This document shows, one piece after another, positions 14,541 through 33,645 of a stretch of 64,000 nucleotides of DNA; the first letter of the stretch is position 1, and every line of letters begins with the position of its first letter. Both the position numbers and the translations under genes were made by a program. This stretch comes from the human T2T-CHM13v2.0 reference genome, Homo sapiens. The stretch lies in the NCBI RefSeq assembly GCF_009914755.1, contig NC_060927.1, one strand, 5' to 3'. The notes beneath the pieces were generated by a model. The model ran no database searches and had not been told where the DNA came from. It was given only the letters and a program-made list of their open reading frames with translations.

Positions 14541-15591
14541 CTATTTAAAATAACCTAAAGGTAACACTGAACCAAATTTCCTAAAAATAAAATTCAATAG
14601 AGAAAAGACATCAGTTTCTACAAGTGGATTGGGGTGAGGAAAAGAAGAGAAACTATACAAGGACAAAAAAAAAAAAAAAAGAACATGTTGAGAGAGGTGA
14701 TTTAGGTGGGAAAATACCTTTCAGAATGTTTTCCATGGGGAATAAAAAGGGTATGCAATAGGTAGATGGCACTAGGAAAAAAAATTAACCTGCAAAAAAA
14801 AACTGCCATTTTTCAGATATTTTATTTCTGAGCATAATCTTTGCCTCAACAATTTTATAAGGCTGATGACATTGGTCTATTTTAAGGATGCTTGCTACTT
14901 TCTATCCGGCCAACACCAGTGAATCAAGTGCCTATCTCTTCTTTCCCAAAGTTTAACCAGAATGAAGACAAGTTAACTATTCATGTATTAAAGTTGTGGG
15001 TTTTCATAAGAGAGAAATAATAACAATTTTTACCATCCCAGAGTGTTCAGAGATCTCACAATTTGCTTATTGCCAAGATGGTGCAATATAATGCAGAAAT
15101 GATTTTTTTATTTCTTGTTTTTACTCTCAATATGATTTGAATTAAAAAGCATGTGAGAATTCTGGGCTCATCAAAGTATATCAAAACTACCCTGTTATAT
15201 GTAGTAATTCAACACAGAGAAAAAGCGTCCATTTTCCCTCCATTACTATCTTTCTAACTTGCCAATATTCGGCTTAAATATTTATTTAAAACCCACATGC
15301 CAAGAGCTACAAATGGCACCACAAAAGGGATAAAACAGATACAGGATTGCACTAAAGCCTATCAGCTGTGCAGTAACTGTGGTTTGGAGGGACACAGGGG
15401 AAGATATGGGGAAAAGGTCAAAACAGGCAAAGACACAAGAATTAAGCATTGGGGTTAACTCTGTTTTACCTTTTCTTTCCTACTTGATTTTTCACGAAGG
15501 CAACCATTTTACACTTCCTGAAGAAAAGTATGTAGCTGTGTAAGAACACAGTGTTAAGGTTCAAAGAAGACTAAGACACGTTCTAAGTTCA

Positions 15592-16083
<492 letters not shown>

Positions 16084-16129
16084 ATAGATAATGTAGCTAG
16101 GGTGAGAATGAGCCCTCACTTCTTTCAAT

Positions 16130-19080
16130 TGCTCAATCGTGGTTTTTGAATACCTAGTATGTGTCAGGCAATGAGCTGAGTGTCAGGGATATTCAGTCCA
16201 TTGAGAAATCCGTACATCTGTTCTTTTATTCATCAAACAAATTGTTATTGAATGTCTGGGACTATACTAAATACCAGAAATACTGTGGTAAATAAAATAC
16301 TCTTCTAGGCCAGAAGCTTACAACCATCAGTTGGTGGAGTAAAACAGGTGAATAAACTGCTTCACTGCAGGGTGATACATTCTAATATAGAGATGAGCAC
16401 CGGACGCTGGAGGAGGACACTGGAAGAGGACCTGTGCAGCCCCGGGCCAGGACAGCTTCCCCAACATGACATTTTAGCTGAGACATGAAAGGGGGTGGTA
16501 CTGGTGGAGTCCTGAGCAGAGGAAGGAGATGGCATATGCAGAGTCCTAGTGCCAAAAGGAGCTCAGTGTGTTCAGGCACCTGCGAGTCATTCCGAATGAA
16601 TGCATGCAGGAAGTGGTAAAAAAGAAAAAAAAAATGATACTGCAGTGGAAAGCACCAGCAAGCTCCAGAGTGCCTTGTGGACTTAGTTGAGGTATCTGAC
16701 CTTCCTTTATCCCAAGAACAGTCTTTCCCAAAGTGTGGCTGGATGATAAGAAGATCTTAGATGGTACACAGAATACTATTTTTTTTAATTTTTGTAGTTA
16801 ATGGGGTGAACACGCATAGAAAATATATAGATAGATAGATATAGATCTATTTCATACATGCAACACATTGCTTATCTTATATTTTTGCTTAGGATGAGGT
16901 TGACTGACAAAAGTAATTCAACTGACAGAATACTACCTAGATTATAGTTGGTACATGAACAACCATGAATGACTGACGTTTGGGCAAAAATGCCTGAGGC
17001 TGACAGATTGCCATGGAAAGCTTTTATGTAGGGAAGTCACATAAGAATACTTCTAGGTTAGAAAGAGCACTCTGGTTGTGGAGAATAGATAAGGACAGTA
17101 TTTGCCAAACTTCTGGTTAAGTCACATGAGTGGATTCTGAAATCAAATTTAAAGTTGTGCTGGGTGCAGTTGTGCAACCTGCAATCCCAGCTACTGGGAA
17201 AGCTGAGGTGGGAAGATTACTTGAGCCCAGGAGTTCAAGAGCAGCCTGGGCAACACAGTGAGACCCCATCTCAAAAAAAATTTTTTTTTTAATTTTCTTT
17301 AAGTTGTAACTGGCAGAGTTTTTTTTCAGTAAAACATAATAGGATACAATAAATATTATCAGACGGCTTCACATACAATCAGATGGCATCACATGTAACA
17401 ATACTTTTAATTTTACATATGCATCTATAAGCATGTATGCATGTGTGTAAGTGTTACTAGGTTACAGCACAAAATATTTTTCTTACTGTGGGTCAAAGTC
17501 AAAGAAAGTTTAAAAGTCACTGGAAACAGACCAATTAGGAGTCTGTTGCAGTATTTTGTTCATTCAATTAGTGTTTATTGAGTACATATTATGTAACAGG
17601 TGCTATTCTACGCACTGAGAATATGGCTGGTGAACAAAATTGATAATGTGCCTGATCTCACAACATTTACACTCTGGTGAGGAGAGGATACAATGAGCAA
17701 GTAACCAAATAAGTTCCTAAGACAACTTAAGTGAAGTTCTTTAAAAAGCAATAAATCTGAGGGAGAAATGTAGGCTCCACATAGGCTGGTCTCTTCTTTT
17801 TTCTTTTCTTTTTTATTTTTGTTCATTGCTGTGTTCCAAGCATAGAGAATAGGAATAGTGCTTAGAACATAATAGCTGCTCAGTAAGTATTCGTTGAATG
17901 ACTGACTGAATGAATCATTCAATGAAGGCTGCTGTTGGCTTGACTTAGGTAGTTAAAATAGAAATTAAGAGAACTAGATGGATTCAAGATATATTTAAGA
18001 GGTAAAATAAATGGGGTTTAGTGAGAAAAGTAGGATTTGGGGGCTAAGAGATAAAAATAAGAGGAATAGTTTCTCTACAACCTACTCTAAAGATAGTAAC
18101 CAGAGTGATCATGTGATTTCTCCATTGCAAACCCTCCACAGCTTCCTATTGTACTCGGAGTAAAGCCCAGGCTTCTTACAATGGCCAGGAATGCTGTCCA
18201 TGACCTGGGCTTGGGTGCCTCACTAACCTCATCACTAAAAATCTCCCTCTGTCTCGCTCTGTTCCAGCCACACTGGCCACCTTGCTGTTCCCCAAACCCC
18301 CAGTTAAGGCACTGGTCAAGGCATTTGCACTCACTGTCCCCTCTTGAAATGCTCTTCTCCCAAATATTCACATAGCATAGACCTCTCTTTCTTCAAGTGT
18401 CTCCTTCTTGGAGAGGTCTATTCTCACCACCTAATGTTACAACTCATGTACCGTGACATACATTCTTCTGCCTGCTCAGTTTTTCCCCACAGCACTTACT
18501 GTGAGACGTGTGTATGGGTGTGTGTGTGTGTGTGTGTGCAGCACTCTAACATACTATTATAGTCGATTATCCTCATTGTCTGTCTCCCACAGGAATGTCA
18601 CTATCCATGAGCCTAAAGCAGTTTGGCACATTGTAGGTGCTCCATCAATATTTGTTGAAAAAACAAAGACAACTCTCAGGTTTCTGGTTTGAGCAACCGG
18701 GTGATTGTGGCTTACTGAGGCAAGAAACACAGAAGGATACAGAGTCCGATGGGAAGTGACAAGTTCCTTTTTTGACATGCTGAGTCCGTGTCTTGTGAGA
18801 GCAATGTCCAGGTGGGAATTCTCTTTAGGCAGTTGAATATATGGGTCTGGTCCTCCAAAGAGCCACAGATATAAACTTGAGGGATCACTGGCTTATAGAT
18901 GGCATTTGAATGGATGAGACCAGCAAGAAAATGTATACAGAGATGAAGAGAAGACCTTGGGGAAACAGCAGGAGCTGAAAAACAGCAATAGTAGAAGAGC
19001 CCACAAAGGAAAGAGAGCAATTGATGGAGTTAGAATGAAAAGCAGTTGTGCAAATTCATGGGAGAGTAGTTTTAAGAAGG
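16130..19080. mobile_element. Cluster of degenerate L2 fragments (both orientations) with an Alu monomer at ~17158-17280 and (TG)n at ~18519-18538
   Basis: L2 3'-end motifs (TTCATTCAA..TTTATTGAG, TGAATGAAT) and L2 body-like purine-rich text. Confidence 0.6.
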
Positions 19081-19170
19081 GAGGTATATTTATTATCTAT
19101 TCCTGTATAAAACTTATTCCAGCCTCATAACTATATATAATTATTATGTGTCAGTTAAAAATACATTTTA

Positions 19171-19558
<388 letters not shown>

Positions 19559-19882
19559 TCACACAGAACACTGCTAACACCAGGTGTACAGGGTTTTTTT
19601 CCACACTGAAAATGCTCTGACACCAGTTGGGTGTCCCACAATTCAATTCTGACACAATCTACCTGGAGTTTGGGTCAGATCCCACAAGTTAAGGGCTCAA
19701 TCCCACAAGACTGCTCCCACCTAAAATGCCAATCTCAAGTCCAGGCCTCTTGTACTTCTGATCCACCCACTATAAGTTGGGGTTTCCCATGACCCTCTCC
19801 TCATGTGCAATAATTTTCTAAAATGGGGCACAGAACTCAGAAAAACACTTTATTTACGTTTATGGTTTATCATAAAGGGTAC

Positions 19883-20787
<905 letters not shown>

Positions 20788-21934
20788 GAACAGATGAACA
20801 GCCAGATGAAGGGATACATGGGGTGTAGTCTGGAAGGATCCCAAGAACAGGAGCTCTGTCCCTGTGGAGTTGGGGTCCACCACCCTCCTGTCATCCCACT
20901 ATTATTGTTGTGCAAGAGTTTTCAAAGAGCTTAATCTCTAGCCCCTTCCAGGAAGTCTGTTGGTAGGCCTGAAAGTTCTAACCTTGTAATCACTTGGTCT
21001 TTCTGGTGACCAGCCCCATCCTGAGGCTATTAGGGGCAAGTTACCTCATTAATATAAACTCAGATGTGACCAAAAAGGGTTCATTATGAATAACAAAAGA
21101 AACTCATGAAATACCAAGGGCTTTAGGAGCTCTGTGCCAAGAACCAGAGACCAAGACCAAATACATTTCTTGTTACACCACATGCTATTTCTGTGGATAC
21201 AGGGTCCTGCGCTACCTAACTGGGTCCTCTGTTTTAGGGTTTCTTACAAGGCTGTAATCAAAGTGTCACTCAAGGCCGTGGTCTCATCTGCAGGCTTCTC
21301 TAGATAGTGATCCTCTTTCAAACTATTGGCAAACTGTTTCAATTGTTGACAGGATTCAGTTTTCTAAGGACTGCTGGACTGAGGGCCTCAGATCTTTCTC
21401 ATGGGGATTTCTCCATAGGGCACCTCACAACATGGGAGCTTGCTTCATTCACCAGAGCAAACCTGAAAGGAGAATCCATGAAAGAGTGTGAGCAAGTCTT
21501 CTATAACCTCATCTTGTAAGTGCTATGTCATTCCATCTCACTTTTGTCTTATTCTAGTCATTAGAAGCAAGATACTAGGCTCAGCCCACACAAAAGGAAG
21601 GGATTAAAAAAGGGAGTGAATACCAGGAGGTGGGGATCACTGTGAGCTGCTTTCGAAACAGCCTCCTACAGAGGATGTGTCGGTAGTGTTAAAAGTCATA
21701 GAGTGGTCAAGCGTCCAGGACATTTGGCAACAAGGAGCAGCGTTTGTTATTTTAGAGAGAGCTGGCTTAGCAGAGGGTGGAGGCAAAGCCAGATGATGAA
21801 GGTCTGAAGAGTGAATCAGAATGGAAGAAGTAGAGGTGGAAAGCACAGACAATTCTTTCAAGAGGCTTAGATATAAAGGGAAGGATAGTGATAGAGTGGC
21901 TGCAGGAAGGAATGGACTCAAAATCAGATAGCGG

Positions 21935-21935
<1 letters not shown>

Positions 21936-21976
<41 letters not shown>
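21936..21976. repeat. (TTA)n microsatellite
   Basis: About 13 TTA units, directly visible. Confidence 0.95.
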
Positions 21977-22011
21977 TGAAAGAGATTTAAATGCATTTAA
22001 AAGTTATCAGG

Positions 22012-22325
<314 letters not shown>

Positions 22326-22365
22326 TTATTGGATAGGCATTTATAGAAAAAAGAGATTAAAGAAA

Positions 22366-23568
22366 GAAACTGGATCCCTTCCTTACACCGTATACAAAAA
22401 TTAACTCAAGATGGATTAAAGACTTAAATGTAAGACCTAACACCATAAAAACCCTAGAAGAAAACCTAGTCAATACCATTCAGGACATAGGCATGGGCAA
22501 AGACTTCATGACTAAAACACCAAAAGCAATAGCAACAAAAGCCAAAATAGACAAATGGGATATAATTAAACTAAAGAGCTTCTGCACAGCAAAGGAAATT
22601 ATCATCAGAGTGAACAGGCAACCTACAGAATGGGAGAAAATTTTTGTAATCTACCCGTCTGACAAACAGCTAATATCCAGAATCTACAAAGAACTTAAAC
22701 AGATTTACAAGAAAAAAATAAACAACCCCATCAAAAAGTGGGCAAAGGATATGAACAGACTCTTCTCAAAAGAAGACATTTATGCAGCCAACAGACATAT
22801 GCAAAAATGCTCATCATCATTGGTCATCAGTGAAATGCAAATCAAAACCACAATGAGATACCATCTCACGCCAGTTAGAATGGCAATCGTTAAAAAGTTA
22901 GGAAACAACAGATGCTGGAGAGGATGTGGACAAATAGAAATGCTTTTACACTGTTCGTGGGAGTGTAAATTAGTTCAAACATTGTGGAAGACAGTGTGGC
23001 AATTCCTCAAGGATCTAGAACTAGAAACACCATTTGACCCAGCAATCCCATTACTGGGCATATGCCCAAAGGATTATAAATCATTCTACAATAAAGACAC
23101 ATGCCCACGTATGTTTATTGCTGCACTATTCACAATAGCAAAGACTTGGAACCAACCCAAATGTCCATCAATGATAGACTAGTTAAGAAAATGTGGCACC
23201 TAAACACCATGGAATACTATGCAGCCATTAAAAAGGATGAGTTAATGTCCTTTGCAGGCACATGGATGAAGCTGAAAACCATCATTCTAAGCAAACTGTC
23301 ACAAGGACAGAAAACCGAACACCGAATGTTCTCACTCATAGGTGGGAGTTGAACAATGGGAACACATGGACACAGGGTGGGGAACATCACACACCGGGGC
23401 CTGTCGGGTATGGGGGGCTGAGGGAGAGATAGCATTAGGAGAAATACCTAATGTAAATTACGAGTTGATGGGTGCAGCAAACCACCATGGCACATGTATA
23501 CCTATGTAACAAACCTGCACATTGTGCACTTGTACCCTAGAATTTAAAGTATAATAATAATAATAATA
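22366..23568 (+). mobile_element. 5'-truncated L1PA (ORF2 C-terminus plus 3' UTR)
   Basis: ORF 22493-23182 ([23 protein letters not shown]...RCWRGC...[12 protein letters not shown]) is the L1 ORF2p cysteine-rich C-terminus with a premature stop; canonical L1PA 3' UTR and (TAA)n tail follow. Confidence 0.97.
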
Positions 23569-23586
23569 TTTTTAAAAGGCAGTAGA

Positions 23587-23650
23587 GTGCGCACTTCAGC
23601 AGCACATATACTAAAATTGGAATGATACAGAAAAGATTTGCACACCCCCT
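23587..23650 (+). pseudogene. 3'-truncated U6 snRNA pseudogene (U6 nt ~1-64)
   Basis: GTGCGCACTTCAGCAGCACATATACTAAAATTGGAATGATACAGAAAAGATTTGCACACCCCCT aligns without gaps to the U6 5' end; no PSE/TATA recognised upstream, where L1 tail sequence lies. Confidence 0.93.
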
Positions 23651-23659
23651 ACTAGGCCC

Positions 23660-23956
23660 GGCTGGATGTGGTGGCTCATACTTGTAATCCCAGCACTTTG
23701 GAAGGCTGAGGAGGGAGGATCACTTGAGCTCAGGAGTTCGGGACCAGCCTGTCAACATAGTGGGACCCCATTTCCACAAAACAATAAAAAATTAGTGGGG
23801 CATGGTGATGTGAGCCTGTAGTTCCAGCTGCTTGAGAGGATGAGGTGGGAGGATGGCTTGATCCCAAGAGGTCAAGGCTGCAGTAAGCTATGATCATGCC
23901 ACTGCACTGCAGCCTAGGTGACTGGGTGAGACCTTGTCTCAAAAAAAAAAAAAAAA
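23660..23956 (+). mobile_element. AluJ
   Basis: Full dimer starting after a 9-bp linker that follows the U6 fragment. Confidence 0.92.
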
Positions 23957-24800
23957 GCTGTATGGGCGGTCACAGGACTGAAAAAGGGGCCCCAAGCACA
24001 ATAGAAGTATTAGGCAAAGGGGCAGAAGAGAGGACAAGAGTAGATAGAGGTCAATCCATGGAAGCAGTGGCAGGAAGTCAATAGACACTTTTATTTCCTC
24101 TGTAAACCACGAGATCACCTGCTGAGAGGAAGCGGGAAGGTGTTGTGGTAGGAAGTCGGAAGAGTTTGGAGAAGGTTTGAAATGGCTGCATTCAAAAGGG
24201 AAAATAAAGAGATTAAGAGCAGCTCGAGGACTCTGAGATTAGACCCATAAGGAGCAGCTTGTTACGTCACTTTCTCCAGCAGCATCCAGCAGGTCAGGTA
24301 GAATATGGGAAGGCCAACAAATACCCGCAATAAGCTCAAGGTTTCCTAAGGTCAGCACTGCAAAGAATATGGGTCAAGGAAATCAATGGCACTGGCAAAA
24401 GGGACAGACCTGTGGTCTAGCCAGAGAGGAGAGAAATCCCATTCAGAGTGCGGGAGCAGATGGGGCTAACGGGAGATAATAAAAGGGCCAAAACCTCAAT
24501 ACAACTGAAAACCAGGCACAGTGAGCAAAATGAAGTAAGAGAGCTGAAAGTTAGATAGTTGGGGTCAGAGATAGAAACGAATCACTTGGATGGGATGATC
24601 AGGGATGGAGAAGACCAGTAGTGAGCCCAGGAGAGAGATGATGTGGGCCTAAAAAACTACCCTTTATTAAGCCCCTATTTGTCCAGGCTTAACATGCTAA
24701 AAGCTTTACCTGTATAATCTCAGGTAATACAACTCTCAAAGGTAAGGCTTGTATCAGCATTATACAGAAGAGGAAACAGGCCAAGAGAAACTGCATACTT

Positions 24801-25604
<804 letters not shown>

Positions 25605-25701
25605 TAACTTTCTAAATAATTCTCCGATCTGTCTTCTGCTTTCATCTTTAACACACCTGCCTTAGTTTAGGCTCTGAGTGGCAGTATCACCTAGCACAGC
25701 G

Positions 25702-25890
25702 CAGTGCTTCTCAAACTTTGGCTGCTTCAGTTATCTGCAAGGCATATTGAAACACAAATTCTAGGCCCCACCCCAATTCGAGAACCCCAGAATATCTGAT
25801 TCAGTAAGTCTTGGATAGGATCTGATAATGTGAATTTCTGTCAAATTTCCAGGCGTTGCTGATGCTGCTTGTTGCTGGTTGAGACCCAGT
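25702..25890. mobile_element. MER5A-like hAT-Charlie DNA transposon
   Basis: CAGTGCTTCTCAAACTT terminus and TCTGATTCAGTAAGTCT..GG core. Confidence 0.7.
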
Positions 25891-25960
25891 GGCCTAGAGG
25901 TTGATTTCAAATGTTACCCCTCTTATTTACTATATGACCTTCAGCAACTTATGTAGTTTC

Positions 25961-26312
<352 letters not shown>

Positions 26313-27099
26313 CTAAGAAATTATTGCCTAATCCAAGGTCAAAAAGATCTACACTGATTTTTCTTCTAAAAGTTTTATGATTTTAGCTCTTACATTTAGG
26401 AAGTTCATGATTTTGAGTTAATTTTTGTGTATGGTGATAGGTCAGATAATTCTTATGATTCCATGAGATGAATATTGCAGACTACAGGGCACATTGTAAG
26501 TGCTCAGGGACTGGTAGTTAGTATTATTATTGTATGATTTGTTTAAGGAAATCACCAATGTACAATAATCATTGAATAAACTTCACAGAAAGATCAATCT
26601 TACTTCTTCACGGTCATGTCTTCTTTGGGGGAAAAACCGTAACATGATCACCTAATTTGATTGTCCACCTTGCTCATCTCCTTGGTAACTTCTAGTTGTT
26701 TCCAAAAGGATGAAGACTTGCCACAGGTAGAGAATTCAAAGCAGAGGTTGGTCCCAAAGGCAGGCCTGGCACCATCCTGGGGAATGAGGTACCTCTGGCA
26801 GAAGCATAAAGCCTCCCAGGGTGACTGCAAAAGAGGAAAAAACATGCATTTTGGCATGGGTATTTTTCATGAAACATTATAGTTTCATCTTTGTGTTTCT
26901 ATGTCCATGTGCATAAATATTTATTCACATAAGCTTTACACAGAGTTAATTAACTTCTAGGGATTTACCAAGGACCCAAGCGCTACAATTAAGTCATCAA
27001 CCCAGCTACCCAAATATACCATATTTATTATCTGGATCTTCCGTATTCTCAGTGGTTCCATGCGAGTCTTCTCTTGGGAAGTCCTGCACCCTAAAATCT

Positions 27100-27314
27100 C
27101 AGTGTTTTTAATTGGGTGTGGAGACTGCTTTGCCGCATCGTATATTTGGCAAAGTCTGGAGATATTTTTGGTTGTTACATCTGAAGGGGCATTACTGGCA
27201 TCTAGTGGGTGGAGGCCAGGGATGCTGCCAAACATCCTGCAATGCACAGAATACCCCCCATACAAACAATTATCCAGCCCAAAATGTCAACAGTGCCAAG
27301 GCTGAGAAACCCTG
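27100..27314. mobile_element. MER20 hAT-Charlie DNA transposon
   Basis: TTTGGCAAAGTCTGGAGATATTTTTGGTTGTTACA...GGCATCTAGTGGGTGGAGGCCAGGGATGCTG...GGCTGAGAAACCCTG. Confidence 0.85.
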
Positions 27315-27686
27315 ACTAGCTATATGTGAGTTGTCTATGCTTACACTTTGAACTAAGGCAGCAAGCTGTGATGGCTCTGAAATCAGAGAGACTGGGCTCA
27401 AATCCCAGCACTGTCACTTACTGCCTCTGTGACCCGGAGCAAGTTACTCCACCTTTCTGGGCCTTAGTTTCATCTGCTAATCACTGTAATATCTATCCAT
27501 GTGTATATAAAATAATCTAATATACATAATAATCATCTAACATATTTTAAATCATCTTATGTGTAAACACACACACATGTGTCTGTGTTATATGCTGCCC
27601 AATGACTAGTACATATTAAATACTCAATGAATATTAGCTGACATTAATATAGGTGACAACAATATTATATAAAAAAAAAAACTTAG

Positions 27687-29020
<1,334 letters not shown>

Positions 29021-29707
29021 TTTATTTCATTTCATAAAATACAGGACATTTTGGATGCTTTAAATCTCTAAAACTGTATTAGGTAGAAATAAACATGTTC
29101 ATGCTGATAAGAATTAAATGTGTGCCTTCTCTCCACCCCATCATCTCCAAAGTGACTGCTTCCCCGCTTCCCATAAGAAAAGAAATGTCTGATTTTGTGT
29201 ACTCTCTAGCAACCCAAGCTGTAGCCAATCTGCGTCATCCTCCCTGTGTAATTAGAGGCTGGAGGTGCCCACGTGTCTCATTTTAGGATCCTGTGGGCTA
29301 CATTTGGCCCAGATTAGGTTATACTTTAGGCATTTCACTGCATATCTCTTCTTTTTCCTCTCAATGTTCCATTTCTCAGAATGTTTGTTCTTCAGAGAAC
29401 AAATAGATCTGGGCTGGCATGAAAAGTCTCATTCTCTGAGGACAGTGGGGTGAAAGGGACCTCTGTCAGGCACGATCTCAAAAGCAGAAAAGAAAAGAAC
29501 TCAAAATCCACCAGCCCTCAATGGCACAGAGTCTTGGACTCAAACCCAGCAAGAGTGCACTGCTTCACTTACTAAAATCGTCTGTCCACAAAAATCCTGT
29601 TTATTTCACAAGTGGGCACTGGCCCTGCCCACGTAGTCCACGTTTTCCTCTCCCTTCTTCTCACACAGAACCTATCACCACCACCACTTTTCCTTGCTTC
29701 CTAGTTA

Positions 29708-29804
29708 TAGTTGCCAGATAAAATGCAGGATGTCCAGTTAAAATTGAATTTAACATCAACAATAATTTTTTTTTGGTATAAGTACACCTTGTACAATATT
29801 TGGA
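29708..29804. mobile_element. Half of a MER53-like palindromic DNA transposon
   Basis: TAGTTGCCAGATAAAATGCAGGATGTCCAGTTAAAATTGAATTT...GTATAAGTA...CAATATTTGG. Confidence 0.6.
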
Positions 29805-30032
29805 GGCTACCTCCACTGCCAGTGTAGAGGGAGCTAGTTTATTTTTATTAAGGAAGTCATGCACTTATTTGGTGAAAGAGACAAGAACCTGTTTGACTTC
29901 TTTTGGATCTATGCGTGGTTGTTTTCAGAGGCAACTGCTTACTTTCCCCACTGAAGCATCGGTCATGAGACTTCAGAAGCATGAAGAAACAGAGCTAGAT
30001 GACAGTGACCTACCTTTCAGGAACAATCCCTA

Positions 30033-30580
<548 letters not shown>

Positions 30581-31544
30581 AAAACTCATTTCTGGAGTCA
30601 ATTTGATATAAATTCATTCATTTAATTTCAATAGTTTTGGGTTGCTGCACTGTATACCAAACCTGCTAAGGTTCACTTCCCCTACAGGTACGGGCAACAA
30701 GCAAATTGGAACCCTCTGGCCCCACATGTAAGTTTTAGAGGAAAAAAAAATGCAAAATATAAGTAAATGTAAACAGAACAAACATTACTTTTTAATAGAA
30801 GAGAAAAAATTTATTTAATGCCTCCTATGTGCCACGTTTCCTGTGTGCATTATCTACGTGTATCTGATTTTTGCTAACATATTTGTGAGTTGTGTGTTAT
30901 GAGACTCTGAGTACAATAATTTGCCCAATACTAGTGGGTAGCTTGGACTTGAATTAAGGTCAGTCTGATTCTGAAACCTAAGGTCTCCCTCCTAATCTAT
31001 ACAAGTCCGATAACACCATCATCCAGGAGAAGGAAAGAAACGCTTCCCAGTAAAAATGCTCAGTGGCGTGTGGAAATTATCTCGAGTCAGCCCCACAGTC
31101 CAAGGCCTGCGAATCCACCAACCAAGCAGAACCCATCTGGACAGCTCTGACAGTGATGCAAAGGAGAGGTTTGAGGTGCCATGGCCATGGATTGTTTGAG
31201 GCAGCAGTGGGGCTTGAGTGAAGGGTCAGGACTAGAGATGGGTAATCGTCTCCTTCCAATATCACCATCGTCTCTGGAAATGATCTGAAATACAGAGTAG
31301 ACATGAGAAGCAACTACAAACACTGAGGCATCCAAAAGTCATTGAAACAGAGGGGAGGAAAAGCATCTTGTAATTGCCAGAGGCCAGAGCAGCGAAGAGA
31401 TCAGGAATCAGGCAGGCTGAGAAATCCAATCTCATTTCTAGCCGCCAAAGCACCATGACATGACTGTGCCTCCAAGGTAACGTCTGGGCCAGCCACGTTC
31501 AGGGACTGGGACCTGCGTCCTCAGGTGTGAACACCAACAACAGC

Positions 31545-31790
31545 AAGAGCTAACACTTTACATAGAACTTTCCAGGTGCCAGGCTCTGTTCTGAAAACTG
31601 TATATCCATTAACTAATTTACTCTTTACAACAGCCATTTGAGATTAGTACTCTTATTATCCTCCCTTTATAGATGAGAAAACTGGGACAAGGAGAGGTTA
31701 AGTAACTTGCCCAAGATCCCACAGTGGTTAGGTGGCAGAGCCGGGATTCAAGCAGGGCGGTCTGTGCTCTTTGCCATCAGGCCATACTGC
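31545..31790. mobile_element. MIR
   Basis: TTTATAGATGAGAAAACTGGGAC..GAGAGGTTAAGTAACTTGCCCAAGATCCCACAG..GGCAGAGCCGGGATTCAA core. Confidence 0.85.
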
Positions 31791-31859
31791 TCTGGTCTTT
31801 GCACTGGTCCAGGAGTAGTGCTAATAAGTTCTGAAGAAAGGATTGAAATGATGAGTTGA

Positions 31860-32203
<344 letters not shown>

Positions 32204-33146
32204 TTACCAAAGAGGGCCATGGATAAAGGAGGGATGGCACTGGGGTAGCCACTGAAGGGAATCGGATTATGCAATATCAGGAGAGCAGCAGGAAGAGGAA
32301 GGGAATCCACAGTGTCCAGTGCTGCAGGGACAGGAGGGCCTAAGAAATGGTCATTGCAACAGGCAATCAGAAGCTTATGTTGAAGATATGGGTTACTCTA
32401 TAATGATACAGATTTGGCTGCTGTAATAAAGAACAAAATAACAGTGTACAGTATATCTTCCTCACACAAGAGCCCAGCATAAATAGTTCGGGGATAATGT
32501 GGAAGTGCCACATTGATGGGGACCCATACTCCTTCTATCTTGTTGCTCTACTATCTTCAGCACATGAGGTTGCTATTTCAGGTCAAAAATGACTGTCCCT
32601 GACATCCTTCTACATTCTAGCCAGGGTGCAGGTGAAAAGCAAAAGTGAATAGCATGCCCCCTTTCTTTTCAGGGGACATCCCAGAAGTTACATACATGGT
32701 AACACTTAGCTGCAAGGAAAACTTGCAAATGCAATCTTTAACTGGGCAGTCTGGTATGCAGCTAAAAATAATGGGTTCTATTTCTAAAAGAAGATGACAG
32801 ATGTTGGGACATAACTCTCTGTCACGAAGGTCATTGGTCACCTTTGGAATTACAGTTTTGTGTGAACCTATAAAGTTTGCAGGGAGATGATGGAGTGAAT
32901 AAGGGGGAAGAAGTACCATCTGAGGAGGCTGGTGTTGCTGGAAATAGAGAAACTCAGGATAGTTTGAGAAGTAACAGAATAGAGAGTTAGTTTGTACAAG
33001 AGAAACAGGGAAGCAGGTTTGTTTGTGGAGAGCAGGAAAAAATAAGAGGTGATGCTGGAGAGGTGAGGACAGTCGATGGGGCAAGGCTTCAAGGATATTG
33101 GGTGAGAAGGGATTGAGGTTCAGTTGGAGAAATTAGCCTTGGGCAC

Positions 33147-33645
<499 letters not shown>

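Noticed and set aside
22493-23182. 229-aa ORF, the longest in the window
   Set aside because: It is the L1 ORF2p C-terminus within a 5'-truncated L1PA with a premature stop, not a host gene.
32617-33092. 155-aa minus-strand ORF
   Set aside because: Lies over degenerate LTR/L2-like sequence with no recognisable domain or splice structure.
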